From Gemmatimonadota bacterium (GTDB lineage: Bacteria; Latescibacterota; UBA2968; UBA8231): a stretch of 64,000 nucleotides of DNA. The notes beneath the pieces were generated by a model. The model saw only the letters and a program-made list of their open reading frames with translations, searched no databases and had not been told where the DNA came from. Shown here one piece after another: positions 29,921 to 39,673 of this stretch (positions are counted from its first letter, which is position 1; each line of letters opens with the position of its first letter). Made by a program: the position numbers and the translations under genes. The stretch is from positions 1-64,000 of the forward strand of contig JAYPJE010000015.1 of the NCBI GenBank assembly GCA_038128265.1, read 5' to 3'.

Positions 29921-31636
29921 ATGCGTGCGCTCGTCCTATCGGTCGTTATAGCGACGGGGTTAGCGGTGCTGTCCTCGCCCGCGGTGGCAGCCGGTGTCGC
30001 GTCCGACTCGACGTATAGCAATATCCTCGCCGCTGACTATGTCGGACCTCAGGCGTGCGGCGAATGCCACGAAAAAAACTACGACCACTGGCAGCGCCAT
30101 CCGCACAGCCGCATGAATGCGTTGGCAACGCCGGAGACGGTGCTGGGTGACTTTTCTGACACGGTGGTAGAATACGACGGCAGGCGCGCGGTGTTCCGGC
30201 GCGTGGGCGACGCGTTTTTTGTCGACTATTATCGCGGCACGCAGCGCGAGCGCCGCTTTCGCATTACGCGGGTCATCGGCTGGCGCTACGAGCAGGACTA
30301 TGTCGCCGTTCAGGTCGAAGGCCCCGAGCCGCTAGACGATGCGCTATACCGCGATGAAATGCGTCTACGCTTTTCATACGACCTGCGCCATCAGCGCTTT
30401 TTTCCGCAGAGCTATATGGAGCCGACGGAGTACCAGGGGTCGGAATACTTGGCCAATGGTCGCCTGCGCTACGATCCCTTTCAGCCGGATCGGCTGCCCT
30501 TTAACGAGCGCTGCGCGCGCTGTCACAACACGTATCCCTACGCACTGCGCCTCTACCGGATGTTTACGGAAAACGGCATGTTATCGGGCTTTGCGCCCGG
30601 TCCGGGAATGGACGAGCGAGTCGTCGAGAATCTGGCTCTGATGGAGGGTGACGGCGCGTTGATCGGCGTTGAGGAGCTGCCATCCGAGCGCTTTGTCAGC
30701 GTGGGTATCAGCTGCGAAAGCTGCCACTTGGGCGGGCGCGAGCACGTCGTGCAGCAGCGCGCAATGCGCTTTGTTCCGACGCATCCACTCCTAGCCGATT
30801 GGACGCCGCCGCACGAGGGGGCACGCAAGCGCCCCGAAGTGGTTAACGCCCTGTGCCGGCAGTGCCATCACTCAGGGGCCAGCGCGAGCGATAACTGGCC
30901 CGATGGGGCGGCTAGCGTCAACTCCATGGAGTCCGTGGAAATGGATCGCGGTGCCTGTCAGGGCGCGCTGCGCTGCACGCACTGCCACAACCCACACGTT
31001 GGCGGTCCGCCGGCCGGGTCGCCCGATCGCCAGGTGCACATCGATGCGTGCACTGCCTGTCACAAGGACCTACAGGTGGAAGAGGCGCAGGTGGCTCACG
31101 CGCGCCACGGCGGGGAGCAGGCTTCCTGTTTAGATTGCCATATGCCGCGCATCGTCCAGGGCTTTGGTGCCTATAATCGCACCCATCGCATATCCTCGCC
31201 GAGCGAACCGGCCATTCTCGCCACGGGTATGCCCAATGCCTGTAACCTCTGCCACCTCGACAAATCGCTGGCCTGGACGCGCGATGAGCTGGCCAGGGGG
31301 TGGGGAGCGCATGTCGAACTGCCGCCAGCGCTTATGTCGCTGTGGGGGCGAGATCTGAACAATGCAGCGGGTCCAGTGTGGCTCGACCACCCTTTTTCCA
31401 TGGTGCGCACCGTGGCAGCAGGGGCCTACGCGCGCTCGGGGTTGGGCGCCGCGGCGCTGCCACAGATGCTGCCCCATCTCAACGAGGCCAATGCCTACGT
31501 GCGCTTGCGCTTTCAACGGGATATAGAGCAGATTGTTGGACGCGATTTTGCGCGCGATGAGTTCGACGCCATGGCGGCCCCGTTTATCCGCCATGGGCAG
31601 GTCGATCGCCTAATCCAGCGCCTCGCACCGCCGTAG
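29921..31636 (+). CDS. Periplasmic multiheme cytochrome c (8 CxxCH)
   Basis: Signal peptide, then CGECH, CARCH, CESCH, CRQCH, CTHCH, CTACH, CLDCH and CNLCH. Confidence 0.9.
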   Translation: MRALVLSVVIATGLAVLSSPAVAAGVASDSTYSNILAADYVGPQACGECHEKNYDHWQRHPHSRMNALATPETVLGDFSDTVVEYDGRRAVFRRVGDAFFVDYYRGTQRERRFRITRVIGWRYEQDYVAVQVEGPEPLDDALYRDEMRLRFSYDLRHQRFFPQSYMEPTEYQGSEYLANGRLRYDPFQPDRLPFNERCARCHNTYPYALRLYRMFTENGMLSGFAPGPGMDERVVENLALMEGDGALIGVEELPSERFVSVGISCESCHLGGREHVVQQRAMRFVPTHPLLADWTPPHEGARKRPEVVNALCRQCHHSGASASDNWPDGAASVNSMESVEMDRGACQGALRCTHCHNPHVGGPPAGSPDRQVHIDACTACHKDLQVEEAQVAHARHGGEQASCLDCHMPRIVQGFGAYNRTHRISSPSEPAILATGMPNACNLCHLDKSLAWTRDELARGWGAHVELPPALMSLWGRDLNNAAGPVWLDHPFSMVRTVAAGAYARSGLGAAALPQMLPHLNEANAYVRLRFQRDIEQIVGRDFARDEFDAMAAPFIRHGQVDRLIQRLAPP

Positions 31637-31732
31637 GGGCGGTTGCGGTTTATCCTTGTCGCAGGGTCTAAAAAGTTCTAAGCATATACTGCGATAGAAT
31701 TGGTAGGCGATTTTTACAAGGAGCGATACAAT

Positions 31733-32680
31733 ATGGTGGATCGTCAGATTAAAGGAGACATAGCTAATCCGTTCTCCCTTTCGGATGCGGATGGCTACGC
31801 TTGGCTCAAAGGCAATTTGCACTCGCATACGACAAACTCGGACGGCAAGCCCTCGCCGCAGGCGCGCTTGGACGGCTATGTAAATCAGGGTTATGACTTC
31901 CTGTGCATTTCTGACCACCACAAAATTACCCGCGTAGACAGCGTGCGCGTGCCCGATGGCTTCATCGCCGTGCAGGGGGCTGAACTGCATCCGGACAATC
32001 CTTTTGGTGGACAGAAGCACCACTTTGTCTGTTTGAATATCCACGAAGATATCGATGCGCAGAACATGCCGCCGCAGCACGTGATCGATGCGGTAAACGG
32101 TCAGGGGGGCAGCGTTTGGCTGGCGCATCCCCACTGGAGCTCGGTCAATATTCGGCGCGATACGGCACCGCTGAATGGTTTTGCCGGCATCGAAGTATTC
32201 AATACGACGTGCCGCTGTGCCGGGCGCGGTGAGTCGTCGGTGCATTGGGATGACTGGATGGAGTTGGAGGGACGCATCTATCCGGCGCTGGCCAACGACG
32301 ATGCACACGCTCTGGAAGAGACGCGGCGCGATACCTATGGCGGCTGGACCTGGGTGCGGGTTCGCGAGCGCACGGCCGAAGCGGTGTGCGCCGCGCTGGC
32401 AGAGGGCGCGTCCTATTCCAGCACGGGACCGCTGATCCGCGATATCCAATTAAAACGAACGGAAGGCGGAGCGGTGGAGGCCACGGTGGTCTGCTCGCCG
32501 GCGCAGCGCATTGCAGCCGTGCACGACGCCTATGGCACCGAGTATCACGAGCACGGAGCGGAGTTTGAGTCGGCTACCTTTTTACTGCGTCCCACGGCGC
32601 GCTGGGTGCGCTTTGAAATCGTTGGACCCAAGGGCGATAAGGCGTGGTCGAATCCATTTGATCTCACGCGCATCGCCTAA
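31733..32680 (+). CDS. PHP-domain (CehA/McbA-type) metallohydrolase
   Basis: Motifs KGNLHSHTTNSDG, ISDH, LAHP, GIEVFN and NDDAH. Confidence 0.85.
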   Translation: MVDRQIKGDIANPFSLSDADGYAWLKGNLHSHTTNSDGKPSPQARLDGYVNQGYDFLCISDHHKITRVDSVRVPDGFIAVQGAELHPDNPFGGQKHHFVCLNIHEDIDAQNMPPQHVIDAVNGQGGSVWLAHPHWSSVNIRRDTAPLNGFAGIEVFNTTCRCAGRGESSVHWDDWMELEGRIYPALANDDAHALEETRRDTYGGWTWVRVRERTAEAVCAALAEGASYSSTGPLIRDIQLKRTEGGAVEATVVCSPAQRIAAVHDAYGTEYHEHGAEFESATFLLRPTARWVRFEIVGPKGDKAWSNPFDLTRIA

Positions 32681-32720
32681 TATAGATCGCCGGGCGAATG
32701 TGTCTTTACGGGAAGAGAAA

Positions 32721-33590
32721 ATGAGTAAGAGCGTTTTAGTAATCGGCGCGGCTGGAAAAATTGCCGGCCAGGTGCTGCCCGCCCTGCGCGCGCGCTATGC
32801 GCTGACGCTGCTCGACGTGCGCACAGAGGATCGCAGCGGTCGGCCGCTGGAGGGCGTGCAGGTCGCCGACCTCACGGATAAAGACCGCGATGCCTATCGG
32901 GCGCATTTTGCCGGTGTCGATGCAGTGGTCCATTTCGGTTTTGTTCGTCCGGACGGCGAGGGGGCCGAAGCGCGTTTTCGCGCCGAGATGCGCAACGTCG
33001 AAATGGCCTATAACGTCTATATGACGGCGCTTGAAGAAGGCGTCGGGCGCGTGATCGTGGCCAGTTCTAACCACGCGGCCGACTATTACGAAGATCCCAT
33101 TCTCGACGGCGCGATGGATTTTGTGCATCCAGACGGGCGCGCCCTGTCAGACAACTACTACGGCTGGGCCAAGGAGGTCTACGAGCACTTGGGCTTTCTC
33201 TTTGCCGTCGGCAAGCAAAACGGGCGTGCGCTACCCAACGTGCAGATTCGCATTGGCGGACCGCGCGAGACGGATATCGAGCGCTGTGAGCTGGGCGATT
33301 TGCGCTGCATGCGGCGCGCACTCGGCGCCTACCTCAGCGAACGCGATATGCAGCAGCTCTTCGTAAAGAGCATTGAAACAGAAGACATCGCCGACGAACG
33401 CGGTGTGCCGTTTCAAATCTTTTACGGAATCAGCGGCAATTCGCACGCCTTCTGGAGCATTGCCAACGCGCGCAAGGTTATTGGCTATGCGCCCGAGGAC
33501 AACAGCGAACGCCGCTTTGCCGCCGCCATTGCTCAGCACCTGCGCGCCGCCCAACAGCGCGATGGCTATCCCGGAGAGCACAATGGCTGA
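32721..33590 (+). CDS. NAD-dependent epimerase/dehydratase (uronate dehydrogenase-like SDR)
   Basis: Motifs [20 protein letters not shown] (YxxxK) and IGYAPED. Confidence 0.8.
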   Translation: MSKSVLVIGAAGKIAGQVLPALRARYALTLLDVRTEDRSGRPLEGVQVADLTDKDRDAYRAHFAGVDAVVHFGFVRPDGEGAEARFRAEMRNVEMAYNVYMTALEEGVGRVIVASSNHAADYYEDPILDGAMDFVHPDGRALSDNYYGWAKEVYEHLGFLFAVGKQNGRALPNVQIRIGGPRETDIERCELGDLRCMRRALGAYLSERDMQQLFVKSIETEDIADERGVPFQIFYGISGNSHAFWSIANARKVIGYAPEDNSERRFAAAIAQHLRAAQQRDGYPGEHNG

Positions 33591-34620
33591 GGCCATACCC
33601 TTTTCCATTCTCGACTTGGCGCCGATACGCCAGGGAGAGCGGGCTGAACAGGCGTTTGAACAGCTGCGCCAGCGGGCGGTTTGGGCCGAGGAATGCGGCT
33701 TTAATCGCTACTGGCTGGCCGAACACCACAATATGAGCGGCGTCGGCAGCGCCGCCACCAGCGTGCTGATCGGTCATATTGCCGGTGCCACGCAGCGCAT
33801 GCGAGTGGGGGCGGGAGGCATTATGCTGCCCAACCATGCACCGCTGGTCATTGCCGAGCAGTTTGGCACGCTAGAATCGCTCTATCCGGGACGTATCGAT
33901 TTGGGGCTGGGTCGCGCGCCGGGTTCTGATTTGATGACGGCGCGCGCGCTGCGCCGGGATCGCCTGGGCAGCGACGGCGATTTTCCGCGCGATGTCGTCG
34001 AACTGCAGTCGTACTTTCGCGGCGGACAGCAGCACCGCGTCCGCGCCGTGCCGGGCGAGGGGTTGGACGTGCCGATTTGGCTATTGGGCTCGAGCCTGTT
34101 TAGCGCACAGTTGGCCGGGTTGCTGGGGTTGCCCTACGCCTTTGCCTCGCACTTTGCCCCCGACTCTCTGATGGATGCGCTGGCCCTATATCGCAGCGAG
34201 TTCAAGCCCTCGGAGGTGCTCGAGCAGCCCTATGCCATGGTCGGTACCAGCGTGGTCGCAGCGGATACGCGAGAAGAGGCGCAACGACTCTTTACTTCAC
34301 AGCAGGTGCAGTCGGTTCAGATGCTGCGCGGTGAACGCGAAAAGATGGGCCCCCCCGTAGACGATATCGAGGCCTATTGGGTGCCGCCGGAAAGGGAAGC
34401 CGTCGAGCACAAGCTGCGCTATGCCTTTGTCGGCACGGCCGATTCACTGGCGGTTGATTTGGAGCATTTTATCGAAGCGACGCAGGCCGATGAGTTGATC
34501 GCCACCGTGCGCATATATGATCAGCGTGCCTGTCTGCGCTCGATGGAGATGCTAGCCCAGGTGCGTCAGCGCTTGGCGCTGGAATCTCAGGGCGCTAGTG
34601 CCTTAAGCGCGCCCGGTTAG
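33583..34620 (+). CDS. Luciferase-like (LLM) flavin monooxygenase, YhbW type
   Basis: Motifs [23 protein letters not shown] and [12 protein letters not shown]. Confidence 0.92.
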   Translation: MAEAIPFSILDLAPIRQGERAEQAFEQLRQRAVWAEECGFNRYWLAEHHNMSGVGSAATSVLIGHIAGATQRMRVGAGGIMLPNHAPLVIAEQFGTLESLYPGRIDLGLGRAPGSDLMTARALRRDRLGSDGDFPRDVVELQSYFRGGQQHRVRAVPGEGLDVPIWLLGSSLFSAQLAGLLGLPYAFASHFAPDSLMDALALYRSEFKPSEVLEQPYAMVGTSVVAADTREEAQRLFTSQQVQSVQMLRGEREKMGPPVDDIEAYWVPPEREAVEHKLRYAFVGTADSLAVDLEHFIEATQADELIATVRIYDQRACLRSMEMLAQVRQRLALESQGASALSAPG

Positions 34621-35600
34621 ACGAATTCGGCTTCGTTCCAGGCATCGCCCCACTGCGCCTTGCGCGCGATCTTCCAAGCCGGTCCGCTGCGGCGCGAAAC
34701 CACCGCATCGCGCAGGCCACCTCCTTCGCATAGCTGCAGGTGGACGTGCCCGCTGCGGCGCTGGGGATGGCGCAGAATGCGCGCTGGCGCGCGCGCTTCG
34801 GACGTGCGCGTGAAAATCAGATAGGAAAACTTCTCGTCTTCATAGCCTAAGTCGCCGCGTTTGAACAGGCGGTGCTGTGCCGTGCGGGTCACCCGCTGGG
34901 AGAAGTGGCACCAGTCGCCCGCAGGCAGGGGACAGCGCTGGGCGTGTGGGCATGGGGCGAGTAGATGAGCGCCCTCTTCGATGAGCATAGTGCGCAGCGC
35001 GTCCATGCGCTCAAAACAGGCCGTCGTCCCCGGTTCGACAAGCACTAGCGCCTGGCGCGCTGCGTTCCACATCGCGTGCACGGCGTCGGCCCATTCTTCA
35101 TGTCCGAGTTCGTTCAAGACATAGCTGGCGATCACCAGGTCGGCGCCGGGCAGGGCAGTCTGGGTTAGGCTTGCCGCCTGCCAGGTGGCAAGGGACATCG
35201 GGGAGCAGCCGGCGGAGGCGGCCAGGCGTTCACCGAGCGCGATCAGGTGGGGGTCGCGTTCGACGAGGGTGATCGAGTGCAGCGAGGGAAAGAGTGCACA
35301 GGCGGCCCAACTAGCGCTTCCAGAACCGGCACCGAGGTCTAGCAGCGTGCGCGGCGCTGCCGAAGGCCACAGCTGCCGTAGATGGCCTAACGCGGCGGAG
35401 TTGGCCGCATAGGTCGCAGGCAGCCGCGTTAGGGCGTAGGCCAGTCGCTCGGTCTGACCGGTCAAAAATGCCGATCCGGCCGCGCGGTCAGACCGACGAT
35501 ACTGCAGAGAGATGCGTTCGGCCGCCGCCGCCAGTTCAGCGTGGCTTGCATCGGCGACCGCCTTCTCAATGGCGTGCTGAAGAGCGTCGGGTAGTTGCAT
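34617..35600 (-). CDS. Rsm22/METTL17-family SAM-dependent methyltransferase
   Basis: Motifs [33 protein letters not shown], APCPHxxxCP, WCHF and EDEKFSY. Confidence 0.85.
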   Translation of the reverse strand: MQLPDALQHAIEKAVADASHAELAAAAERISLQYRRSDRAAGSAFLTGQTERLAYALTRLPATYAANSAALGHLRQLWPSAAPRTLLDLGAGSGSASWAACALFPSLHSITLVERDPHLIALGERLAASAGCSPMSLATWQAASLTQTALPGADLVIASYVLNELGHEEWADAVHAMWNAARQALVLVEPGTTACFERMDALRTMLIEEGAHLLAPCPHAQRCPLPAGDWCHFSQRVTRTAQHRLFKRGDLGYEDEKFSYLIFTRTSEARAPARILRHPQRRSGHVHLQLCEGGGLRDAVVSRRSGPAWKIARKAQWGDAWNEAEFV

Positions 35601-35609
35601 GAGAATGCA

Positions 35610-35653
35610 CAAAAGGCATGGCGCCGTCCCTATGGGAGACGCCATGCCTTTTG
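35610..35653 (-). terminator. Intrinsic terminator downstream of glnII
   Basis: Inverted repeat CAAAAGGCATGGCG...CGCCATGCCTTTTG lying 24 nt past the glnII stop. Confidence 0.75.
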
Positions 35654-35676
35654 ATGGAAAAAACCGTGCGCTGAGA

Positions 35677-36729
35677 CTAGCGCTTGCGGCTGGTGCGCTT
35701 CTTGGCTGCCGTGCCGCGCAGCGCTTTCTTGGTGGTCTTAATGATGACCGCTGCGACCTTGTAAGGATCCGCATTGGAGGCGGGGCGGCGGTCTTCGAGA
35801 CGCCCTTTCCAGCCTTTCTCAATCGTGCCGATCGGTATGCGAATGGACGCGCCGCGGTCCGACGCACCGTAGCTAAACTTGTCGATGGACTGCGTCTCGT
35901 GCAGGCCGGTCAGGCGCTGGTCGTTGTCAGCGCCGTACACGGCTATGTGCTCGGGAATATGCTTGCCGAACTCTTCGCAGATTGTCACGAAGGTTTTCTT
36001 GTTGCCGGCGCTACGCATGGCGCCGTTGGAGAAGTTGGCGTGCATGCCCGAGCCGTTCCAGTCGCCTTTGACCGGTTTGGGATGCCAGTTAATGACGACG
36101 CCGTATTTCTCAGCCGTGCGCTCGAGCAGATAGCGGCCCAGCCAGATCTGGTCGCCAGCCGAACAGGCGCCCTTGGCAAAAATTTGGAATTCCCACTGGC
36201 CCATCATCACCTCGGCGTTAATACCTTCGACATTCAGACCCGCCTCTAAGCACATGTGCAGGTGTTCGTCGACCAGGTCGCGGCCGAAGGTATTTTGCGA
36301 ACCAACGGAGGTATAGTAGGGGCCCTGGGGACGCGGATAGCCGCCCTTGGGAAAACCGAGGGGCAGGTTTGTTTCGGGATCCCACAGCGTGTACTCCTGC
36401 TCGAAGCCAAACCAGAAGTCGTCGTCGTCGTCGTTGATTGTTGCGCGACCATTGCTTTCATGCGGACTGCCGTTGGCGTTCATCACTTCCGTCATAATCA
36501 GCCAGCCGTTGCCGCCAAAGCGGTCGGGGTCGGGGTATGCCGCGACGGGTTTGAGCACGCAGTCTGACGAATCGCCCGTTGCCTGCTCTGTAGAAGAACC
36601 GTCAAACGACCACACGGGCGCATCTGCGACATCGCCTGAGAAATCATCAACAATAAGGGTTTTGCTGCGCAGGCTCTGCGTGGGATGGTACCCATCGAGC
36701 CAGATATACTCCAACTTGCACTTAGCCAT
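35677..36729 (-). CDS. glnII: Glutamine synthetase type II
   Basis: 350 aa. Motifs EYIWLDG, WSFDGSST, WFGFEQEY, GINAEV, QWEFQI, DWNGSGMH, RLTGLHET and LEDRRPASNADPY. Confidence 0.95.
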   Translation of the reverse strand: MAKCKLEYIWLDGYHPTQSLRSKTLIVDDFSGDVADAPVWSFDGSSTEQATGDSSDCVLKPVAAYPDPDRFGGNGWLIMTEVMNANGSPHESNGRATINDDDDDFWFGFEQEYTLWDPETNLPLGFPKGGYPRPQGPYYTSVGSQNTFGRDLVDEHLHMCLEAGLNVEGINAEVMMGQWEFQIFAKGACSAGDQIWLGRYLLERTAEKYGVVINWHPKPVKGDWNGSGMHANFSNGAMRSAGNKKTFVTICEEFGKHIPEHIAVYGADNDQRLTGLHETQSIDKFSYGASDRGASIRIPIGTIEKGWKGRLEDRRPASNADPYKVAAVIIKTTKKALRGTAAKKRTSRKR

Positions 36730-36883
36730 CGTGTAAACCTCTCCTATCGGGGTTTTAGGTGAAAGAGATTGGCTGATCGAGCAGTAAGCGGGGCCTATCG
36801 ACTGACAAGTGCCGCCGCTTGGCCATCTGCCTGCTCGTTATGCTCTCCTCGAGCTGCTGTTTCAATGATACCTGGTGACTTTT

Positions 36884-36899
36884 AGCAATTCGCGTTCCA
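36884..36899 (-). promoter_or_regulatory. Sigma54 (-24/-12) promoter of glnII
   Basis: Minus strand TGGAACGCGAATTGCT has exact GG-N10-GC spacing, about 155 nt upstream of the start codon. Confidence 0.75.
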
Positions 36900-37030
36900 T
36901 AAAAAAGTGGAACTGCGCTGGGTGTGCAATGGTTGCTTCCCTTTTTCTATAAATAGCTGAAAAAAATGATGTTATGTGAATGTTGAATACCTAAGTGGCT
37001 CATTTATACAGCGTTCAAAAGAGATTATAT

Positions 37031-37224
37031 AGAACAATTTTGTTGCTTTTTAAATATGCGAGACACATAACATACGAATATTAGTTTGAGGATACAAAAA
37101 AATATGTTGGGTATGGAACGGATGGTGCGCGAGATGGCAGGTATTACGGCTATCAGGGTGAACATTAGAGGGTTAAAATGTGACAATTTTGTTGCTTTAT
37201 TCAAAAAAGCCACATTAATGTGGC
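37031..37224. promoter_or_regulatory. Three dyad boxes (ACA-N4-TGTnGC), candidate enhancer-binding sites
   Basis: AGAACAATTTTGTTGC (37031-37046), GTGACAATTTTGTTGC (37180-37195) and the perfect palindrome GCCACATTAATGTGGC (37209-37224). Confidence 0.55.
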
Positions 37225-37311
37225 AAGCGAAGTGCTCGTAGGGTGGGTATGCAATCGGCATGCGAAGTGGGTGCGGGTGAAGTGCGCGCGTTTCAGATTG
37301 CGGTCTTTGCG

Positions 37312-37340
37312 TTGACGCTCCCTTAGCTCTGTTGTAGATT
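37312..37340 (+). promoter_or_regulatory. Sigma70-type promoter
   Basis: TTGACG-17 nt-TAGATT upstream of the 37414 gene. Confidence 0.5.
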
Positions 37341-37413
37341 TGTCCGCGTTTTTGCGCAAGAGAGCAGATCGGATCGTATTCAGGTGAAGGGGCTTTTCTC
37401 AATCCATTCGGCG

Positions 37414-38559
37414 ATGCGGATGTCGATGGGGATCGCGTGCATCGCGGTGCTGCTGTTGGCCTGCGGCGCAGGTGACCGCACTGTGCGCGAGCTGGCACCG
37501 GGGGTCGCCTATCACCGAGTGCACCTATTGGAAGGCCCTTGGTGGATCCATATCGTCGAGATTGACTTGGATCGCGCCTGGCGAGCGGGCGTCCGTTTGC
37601 GCATGTCCAATGCGCCCATCGAAAAAGGCGGTGTGGAGCGCACCAGCGTGCTGGGGCAGAGCGCGTTGGCTGCGATAAACGGCGATTTTTTTTATACGAG
37701 CGAGACGAGTCACGCGGCCGGTTTGCAGATTAGCGAAGGCATGCTTCTACAGGGGCCGCAGCGGCGCTCGGCACTGGCCATCTCGCGCAGTGGTAAACCG
37801 CTCATTGCTCAGTTTGACATGGATATAGGAGCCGTCTTGTCCAGTGGGCAAAGCGTGCATATAAGCGGGTTTAACCGTGCGCCGCGCGAGGGCGAGCTGA
37901 CCCTCTATAATGTCCATGCCCAGTCTTGGCGTGATTCTGTACATGCGGAGTTTGGTTTTCAGTTACAGGGTTTGCAGGGCTCATCCATACTGAACGATAC
38001 CCTGGCCGTGCAGGTTCTGCAGCTGCGTCGGCGTGCTTGGCCGCTGGTCCTAGAGCGCAATCAGTGGCTGATCGCCGCCGACATTGCGCGCCCCGACGTT
38101 GGCGGCATCGCTCCCGGCGATACGCTGCAGCTGTTTTGTCGCCTGCCACCAGCCGCTGAAGCGCTACAGGAAGCGCTGGGCGGAGGGCCGCGCATCCTGC
38201 GCGATGGAACGGTATCGGTCGAGTACGAGCAGGAGGGGTTGAGTAAGACGTTTGCCGAAGAGCGCCATCCGCGCACGGCCGTTGGCTATACGCAAAACGG
38301 CCAAGTGCTCTTTCTCGTCGTCGTCGACGGGCGCCAGCCCGGGTTTAGCGTTGGTATGACGTTGGAAGAGCTTGCACACTTTATGCGAATGCGGCTGGCC
38401 GATTTTTCGCAGGCGCAAGAAAATGCCTACCAGGCGCTCAACTTGGATGGCGGGGGGTCGACGACGATGGCGCTTAAAGGCGAGGTGGTCAATAGCCCGT
38501 CTGATCAGACGGGCGAGCGCCCAGTCGCCAATGCGCTCTTGGTCGTGGAGGAACGGTAG
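37414..38559 (+). CDS. Phosphodiester glycosidase (NAGPA/DUF2233) family lipoprotein
   Basis: Lipobox LLAC and motifs AAINGDFF, GGGPR, HPRTAVG, VVDGRQ and ALNLDGGGST. Start uncertain (37384 or 37414). Confidence 0.88.
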   Translation: MRMSMGIACIAVLLLACGAGDRTVRELAPGVAYHRVHLLEGPWWIHIVEIDLDRAWRAGVRLRMSNAPIEKGGVERTSVLGQSALAAINGDFFYTSETSHAAGLQISEGMLLQGPQRRSALAISRSGKPLIAQFDMDIGAVLSSGQSVHISGFNRAPREGELTLYNVHAQSWRDSVHAEFGFQLQGLQGSSILNDTLAVQVLQLRRRAWPLVLERNQWLIAADIARPDVGGIAPGDTLQLFCRLPPAAEALQEALGGGPRILRDGTVSVEYEQEGLSKTFAEERHPRTAVGYTQNGQVLFLVVVDGRQPGFSVGMTLEELAHFMRMRLADFSQAQENAYQALNLDGGGSTTMALKGEVVNSPSDQTGERPVANALLVVEER

Positions 38560-38562
38560 GAT

Positions 38563-39627
38563 ATGGCCCTATTTGGAGCAGACGACTTACGCGCGCTAGG
38601 CTGCGCGCTTTTCTGTCGCGTCGGCGTGCGTCGAGAAGACGCCGAACTCGTGGCGGATCATTTGGTGGAATCGGGTTTGCTGGGCCACGACACGCACAGC
38701 GTGTTGCGCCTGCCGCAGTACGTGAATATGGTGCGCGATGGCGTGGTTGACCCACAGGGTGCGCTGCGCGTGCTAGACGAAAGCACCTATGCGGCACGGC
38801 TGAGCGGTTCGTGGAACTTTGGGCCGGTAACGGCGACGCGCGCCATGGAGCGCGCGCTGGACAAGCTGGGCGGTGGCGGCGCCATTTCCGTCGTAACCGT
38901 GCGCGACTGCAACCACATCGCCCGCTTGGGGCGCTTTGCGGCACTGGCCGCGCAGCGCGACTGCATTGCGCTGATGGTGGCCAATGGGCACGGCGGCGAT
39001 TTGGCGGTCGCGCCGTTTGGCGGCCGTGCGCGGCGCTTGCCGACCAATCCGATCTGCGTTGGCATACCCACGGGCTTGGCGTGGCCGCTGGTGCTCGATA
39101 TGACCACCAGCATGACATCGGGCGGCGACTTGCGGCTCCTGCGCAACCTCGGACAGCCCGCGCCCGCAGGGACGATCATCGACGGCGCTGGCGTGCCGAC
39201 TACCGATGTGGAAAAGTACTATGGCCCGCCGCCGGGTGCGGCGCTGCCGCTGGGCGCGCCGACAAGCGGTCATAAGGGATTCGGTCTGGGCGTGCTGGTC
39301 GACGTTTTGGCGGGTGCGCTGTCGGGCGCTGAATGCAGCAAAGAAAACTACCAACGCTCGGGCAATGCGCTGTTTATCGCCGCACTGCGCGTGGCGGCGT
39401 TCCGGCCGTTAGAGGATTTTTTTGCCGAGGTGCAGGGCCTGGTAGAATACATCAAGTCGTGTTCGCCCGCAGAGGGCTTCGGCGAGGTGATGCTACCCGG
39501 AGAGAACGCCCATCGCCACTACGTGCAGCGCGTGCGCGAGGGGTTGGAAGTCGATGCGGCAGCCTGGAAGCAAATTGTCGAATTGGCGGGCGAGTTGGAT
39601 ATAGAAGTGCCCGCTCCTATCGCGTGA
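38563..39627 (+). CDS. Ldh_2 family oxidoreductase (malate/L-lactate/sulfolactate dehydrogenase type 2)
   Basis: Motifs GHDTHS, NHIARLG, TNPI, LDMTTS, GHKGFGL and LPGE. Confidence 0.9.
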   Translation: MALFGADDLRALGCALFCRVGVRREDAELVADHLVESGLLGHDTHSVLRLPQYVNMVRDGVVDPQGALRVLDESTYAARLSGSWNFGPVTATRAMERALDKLGGGGAISVVTVRDCNHIARLGRFAALAAQRDCIALMVANGHGGDLAVAPFGGRARRLPTNPICVGIPTGLAWPLVLDMTTSMTSGGDLRLLRNLGQPAPAGTIIDGAGVPTTDVEKYYGPPPGAALPLGAPTSGHKGFGLGVLVDVLAGALSGAECSKENYQRSGNALFIAALRVAAFRPLEDFFAEVQGLVEYIKSCSPAEGFGEVMLPGENAHRHYVQRVREGLEVDAAAWKQIVELAGELDIEVPAPIA

Positions 39628-39673
39628 AAATAAGATAGCATCGCACTGTCAAACAACGGATGGAGGGTTTCAT

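Noticed and set aside
37025..37498. 157-aa minus-strand ORF in the glnII upstream region
   Set aside because: It has atypical composition and overlaps promoter elements and the start of the NAGPA-family gene.
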